36,755 nt of DNA, from contig JANLXP010000380.1 in NCBI GenBank assembly GCA_031365165.1, forward strand, positions 1 through 36,755, read 5' to 3'. Under the pieces are notes generated by a model. It was not told the origin of the DNA and searched no databases. It saw only the letters and a list, made by a program, of their open reading frames with translations. Positions 34,338 through 36,755 of the stretch are shown in pieces. Each line of letters opens with the position of its first letter. The stretch's first letter is position 1. This DNA is from Alphaproteobacteria bacterium. GTDB taxonomy: Bacteria; Pseudomonadota; Alphaproteobacteria; Micropepsales; Micropepsaceae. A program made the position numbers and the translations under genes.

Positions 34338-35591
34338 TTGCTCGAAAAACCGTCGCCCGGCACGATCAAAGTCGGCGCGTGGCATGCGGCGCGCGCGACA
34401 GGCGAACTCACGGGCGGCGGCGTGACGGAGCGCCTCGAACCCAAGGTCATGGACCTCCTGTTCCTGCTGGCCGGAAGCCCGGGCAAGGCGTTCAGCAAGG
34501 ACGAGATCATGGCGGCGCTTTGGCCGAACGTCATCGTCGGCGACGATACGTTGGCGCGCGCCGTCTCGCGCCTGCGCAAGGCGCTGGCCGACGATGCCAA
34601 GACACCCGGCTACATCGAAACGCTGCCTAAGCGCGGCTACCGGTTGATCGCCAAGGTCTCCCCGGGAGACGCCGAAGACGCCGCGCCATCGGCGACACCA
34701 CCGAAAGCACGAAAGCTATCGCCCATCGCCCTCGGTGCGGCAGCGGCGGGCACAGTCTTCCTGACCATGGTGCTGCTTGGCGCTGCCTTGCGCGCGCTGC
34801 CACGCCCCGAAGGCGACGCAATGGCCCGGACCTTGGTCGAGCACGCGAATGATTTCTATTTCCAATACAAACGAACCGACAACGAGGAAGCAATCGCACT
34901 CTTCGAGCGCGTGTTGACCGACCGGCCCGACCACGCGCCGGCCCTTGCAGGTCTCGCAAACGCATTGCTGCAGAACGTGATCCGATGGCCCAGCGAACGG
35001 GGCGCGCCGGAGATGACGAAACTCGCCGATGCTCTGGCAAGCGGACGAACGAAGACGCCTGCCGCGCAGCAACTTACGGCCCGTGCGCGCGTGCTTGCTG
35101 AGCGCGCGGTCGCGATCGCACCGGCCGACCCGGCAGCCCTCAAAGCACTCGGCTTTGCGCAGAGCGTCGCCGGCGAATTCGATGCCGCGATCTCCACGTA
35201 TCAGCATGCGGTTGCGCTCGACGCCGACGCATGGGGCCCTCTCATCAACATCGGCGACGTTCTCGAAATCGCAGGTCGAAAATCAGAAGCGCTGCCATCC
35301 TTCGAGCGCGCCTACGCTGCGATGACGCGCGTCTATGAGAAGGAGGCCGCGCGCATTCGGCCGTGGTACGCCGAACTTGGCGTGGTGATAGCCGATCGCC
35401 ACCGCGACAACGGCACTTTGGGCGAAGCCGAAAGCTGGTACCGCCGTGTCCTCGCCTACGCACCGCTTCACCGCGGGGCGACAGAGCACTTGGCCGTCTT
35501 GTTGCGACACCAAGGCGACACCGCAAGCGCGGACAATCTTTGCGCAACCCTGCAACAGCGCACCGGCGAAGCGTGCAGCGAGCAAAACTAG
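34338..35591 (+). CDS. membrane-anchored winged-helix (OmpR/CadC-type) regulator with periplasmic TPR domain
   Basis: LEPKVMDLLFLLAGSPGKAFSKDEIMAALWP...YIETLPKRGYRL wHTH, then one TM (IALGAAAAGTVFLTMVLLGAAL), then TPR-like repeats. TTG 34338 with GAGGG SD is the only plausible start that avoids overlap with the S41 gene. Confidence 0.8.
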   Translation: MLEKPSPGTIKVGAWHAARATGELTGGGVTERLEPKVMDLLFLLAGSPGKAFSKDEIMAALWPNVIVGDDTLARAVSRLRKALADDAKTPGYIETLPKRGYRLIAKVSPGDAEDAAPSATPPKARKLSPIALGAAAAGTVFLTMVLLGAALRALPRPEGDAMARTLVEHANDFYFQYKRTDNEEAIALFERVLTDRPDHAPALAGLANALLQNVIRWPSERGAPEMTKLADALASGRTKTPAAQQLTARARVLAERAVAIAPADPAALKALGFAQSVAGEFDAAISTYQHAVALDADAWGPLINIGDVLEIAGRKSEALPSFERAYAAMTRVYEKEAARIRPWYAELGVVIADRHRDNGTLGEAESWYRRVLAYAPLHRGATEHLAVLLRHQGDTASADNLCATLQQRTGEACSEQN

Positions 35592-36644
35592 CTAAGACTT
35601 CGCGCCCACGATTCCGGCACGTGACGCGTCGAGCGGCCACCGCGCACGTGCGCCGAAGTCGAGCCCGCTGACCAGCCCGAGCGCAAGACGCTCAAGCCCC
35701 GCCCACGCAACCATCGCACCGTTGTCGGTACACAAGGCGACCGGTGGCACCGTGAGTTCGAACTCTTCGCCGCGCGCCGCATCGGCAAGACCGGCGCTCA
35801 AGCTCTTGTTCGCGGCAACCCCGCCCGCAACGACCAGCCTGCGGATCCCGCGCGCGTGCATGGCACGCATGGCCTTGCGCGTACGCCCGACCAACACCTC
35901 GACAGCCGCCGCTTGAAAGCTCGCCGCGACGTCACGTACGGCCGCGTCTTGCATATCGCCGTCGTCAACGACGCGACGCACCGCCGATTTCAATCCCGAA
36001 AACGAAAAGTCGAATCCGTCTTCATCCAAGAGCGGGCGCGGGAAGCGATAGCGCTTGGCGTTCCCGCCGCGCGCCGCTTCCTCGATGGCAGGCCCGCCCG
36101 GAAACCCAAGGCCCAACAGCTTCGCCGTCTTATCGAACGCCTCACCCGCCGCATCGTCGATCGTCGTGCCGAGCCGCGTGAACTGTCCCACGCCCTCGCA
36201 GACCAGCAACTGACAATGCCCGCCCGAAACGAGCAGCAACAAAAACGGAAACGCAACGCCCGCCGTCAGCCGCGGCGTCAGCGCATGCGCCTCCAGATGA
36301 TTGAGCGCGATGAGCGGCTTGCCCGTAGCAAGCGCCAGCGCCTTTGCCGTGGTCAGTCCAACAGCGACGCCGCCGATCAACCCCGGCCCCGCCGTCGCCG
36401 CAATGCCATCTAACTCGGCCAGCGATAGGCCCGCGTCCGCGAGCGCCCGCTCGATCACGCTGTCCAAGACCTCGACATGCGCACGCGCCGCGATCTCCGG
36501 CACGACGCCGCCATAGGGCTTGTGTTCCGCCACCTGGCCCGCGACGACGTTGGACAAAATCTCGCCCGGCCCAGGCGCACGCCCGCGCACGACGGACGCC
36601 GCCGTTTCGTCGCAGGACGTTTCGATTCCAAGGACCGTAAGCAT
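35592..36644 (-). CDS. tsaD: tRNA N6-adenosine threonylcarbamoyltransferase
   Basis: [16 protein letters not shown] and LVSGGHCQL motifs, and [17 protein letters not shown] near the C-terminus. Confidence 0.93.
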   Translation of the reverse strand: MLTVLGIETSCDETAASVVRGRAPGPGEILSNVVAGQVAEHKPYGGVVPEIAARAHVEVLDSVIERALADAGLSLAELDGIAATAGPGLIGGVAVGLTTAKALALATGKPLIALNHLEAHALTPRLTAGVAFPFLLLLVSGGHCQLLVCEGVGQFTRLGTTIDDAAGEAFDKTAKLLGLGFPGGPAIEEAARGGNAKRYRFPRPLLDEDGFDFSFSGLKSAVRRVVDDGDMQDAAVRDVAASFQAAAVEVLVGRTRKAMRAMHARGIRRLVVAGGVAANKSLSAGLADAARGEEFELTVPPVALCTDNGAMVAWAGLERLALGLVSGLDFGARARWPLDASRAGIVGAKS

Positions 36645-36723
36645 GGCGCCGGGAGTAGCGCGCTTCGAGCAAGACCGCTAGGGTCCGCCCGCACAAAACT
36701 CAACAACACCAGGGCCTTCCAGC

Positions 36724-36755
36724 GTGCAAACTCGCCTGCGCATCGGCACCCGCGG
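36724..36755 (+). CDS. hemC: probable start of porphobilinogen deaminase (cut by window edge)
   Basis: GTG then QTRLRIGTR, matching the conserved LRIGTRxS N-terminus of HemC. Divergent from tsaD, as is common in alphaproteobacteria. Only 10 codons are visible. Confidence 0.45.
   Translation, partial: MQTRLRIGTR

Noticed and set aside
1-36755. Mobile elements, prophage remnants, integrons, rRNA/tRNA genes
   Set aside because: No transposase, integrase or recombinase-like ORF was seen. There are no long terminal inverted repeats, no attC-like sites and no rRNA/tRNA-like conserved strings on either strand.

Overview
Visibly GC-rich, tightly packed chromosomal DNA with alphaproteobacterial (Hyphomicrobiales/Rhizobiales-like) gene content. 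All family calls rest on motifs read by eye, because no database search was possible. About 45 coding regions are supportable. Most are housekeeping or ordinary metabolism: gloB, the phaR/phaA/phaB PHB locus, acs, corA, gpsA, tsaD and the start of hemC. No rRNA, tRNA, CRISPR array, transposase or integrase was seen.

Three regions stand out.
1. Nt 16729-19612 is a compact operon of a bona fide lysine 2,3-aminomutase, a Ddl-like ATP-grasp ligase and a small GNAT. It sits behind an unusual ~410-nt low-GC spacer that carries an iterated TGCGATTAC box. I know of no characterised pathway with this enzyme trio. It looks like a route to an acylated or ligated beta-lysine product.
2. Nt 31031-35591 is a ~4.5-kb block that appears wedged between tsaD and gpsA. 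It encodes a TetR regulator, a 35-aa membrane micro-protein with its own RBS and terminator, an orphan curlin-repeat (CsgA-like) secreted protein with no csgB/E/F/G, an S41 peptidase and a membrane-anchored wHTH-TPR regulator.
3. Nt 11805-16318 is a divergent envelope-glycosylation module: a polyprenyl-phosphate GT2, a LAB_N small membrane protein and two tandem ArnT-like transferases.

Smaller oddities:
- an S26 signal-peptidase-like protein whose catalytic Lys position reads Tyr;
- a PAS-GGDEF-EAL protein with a degenerate AGNKF motif;
- several perfect palindromes in intergenic DNA;
- five of eight convergent gene pairs with zero or negative spacing, three of them sharing a CTAG double stop.
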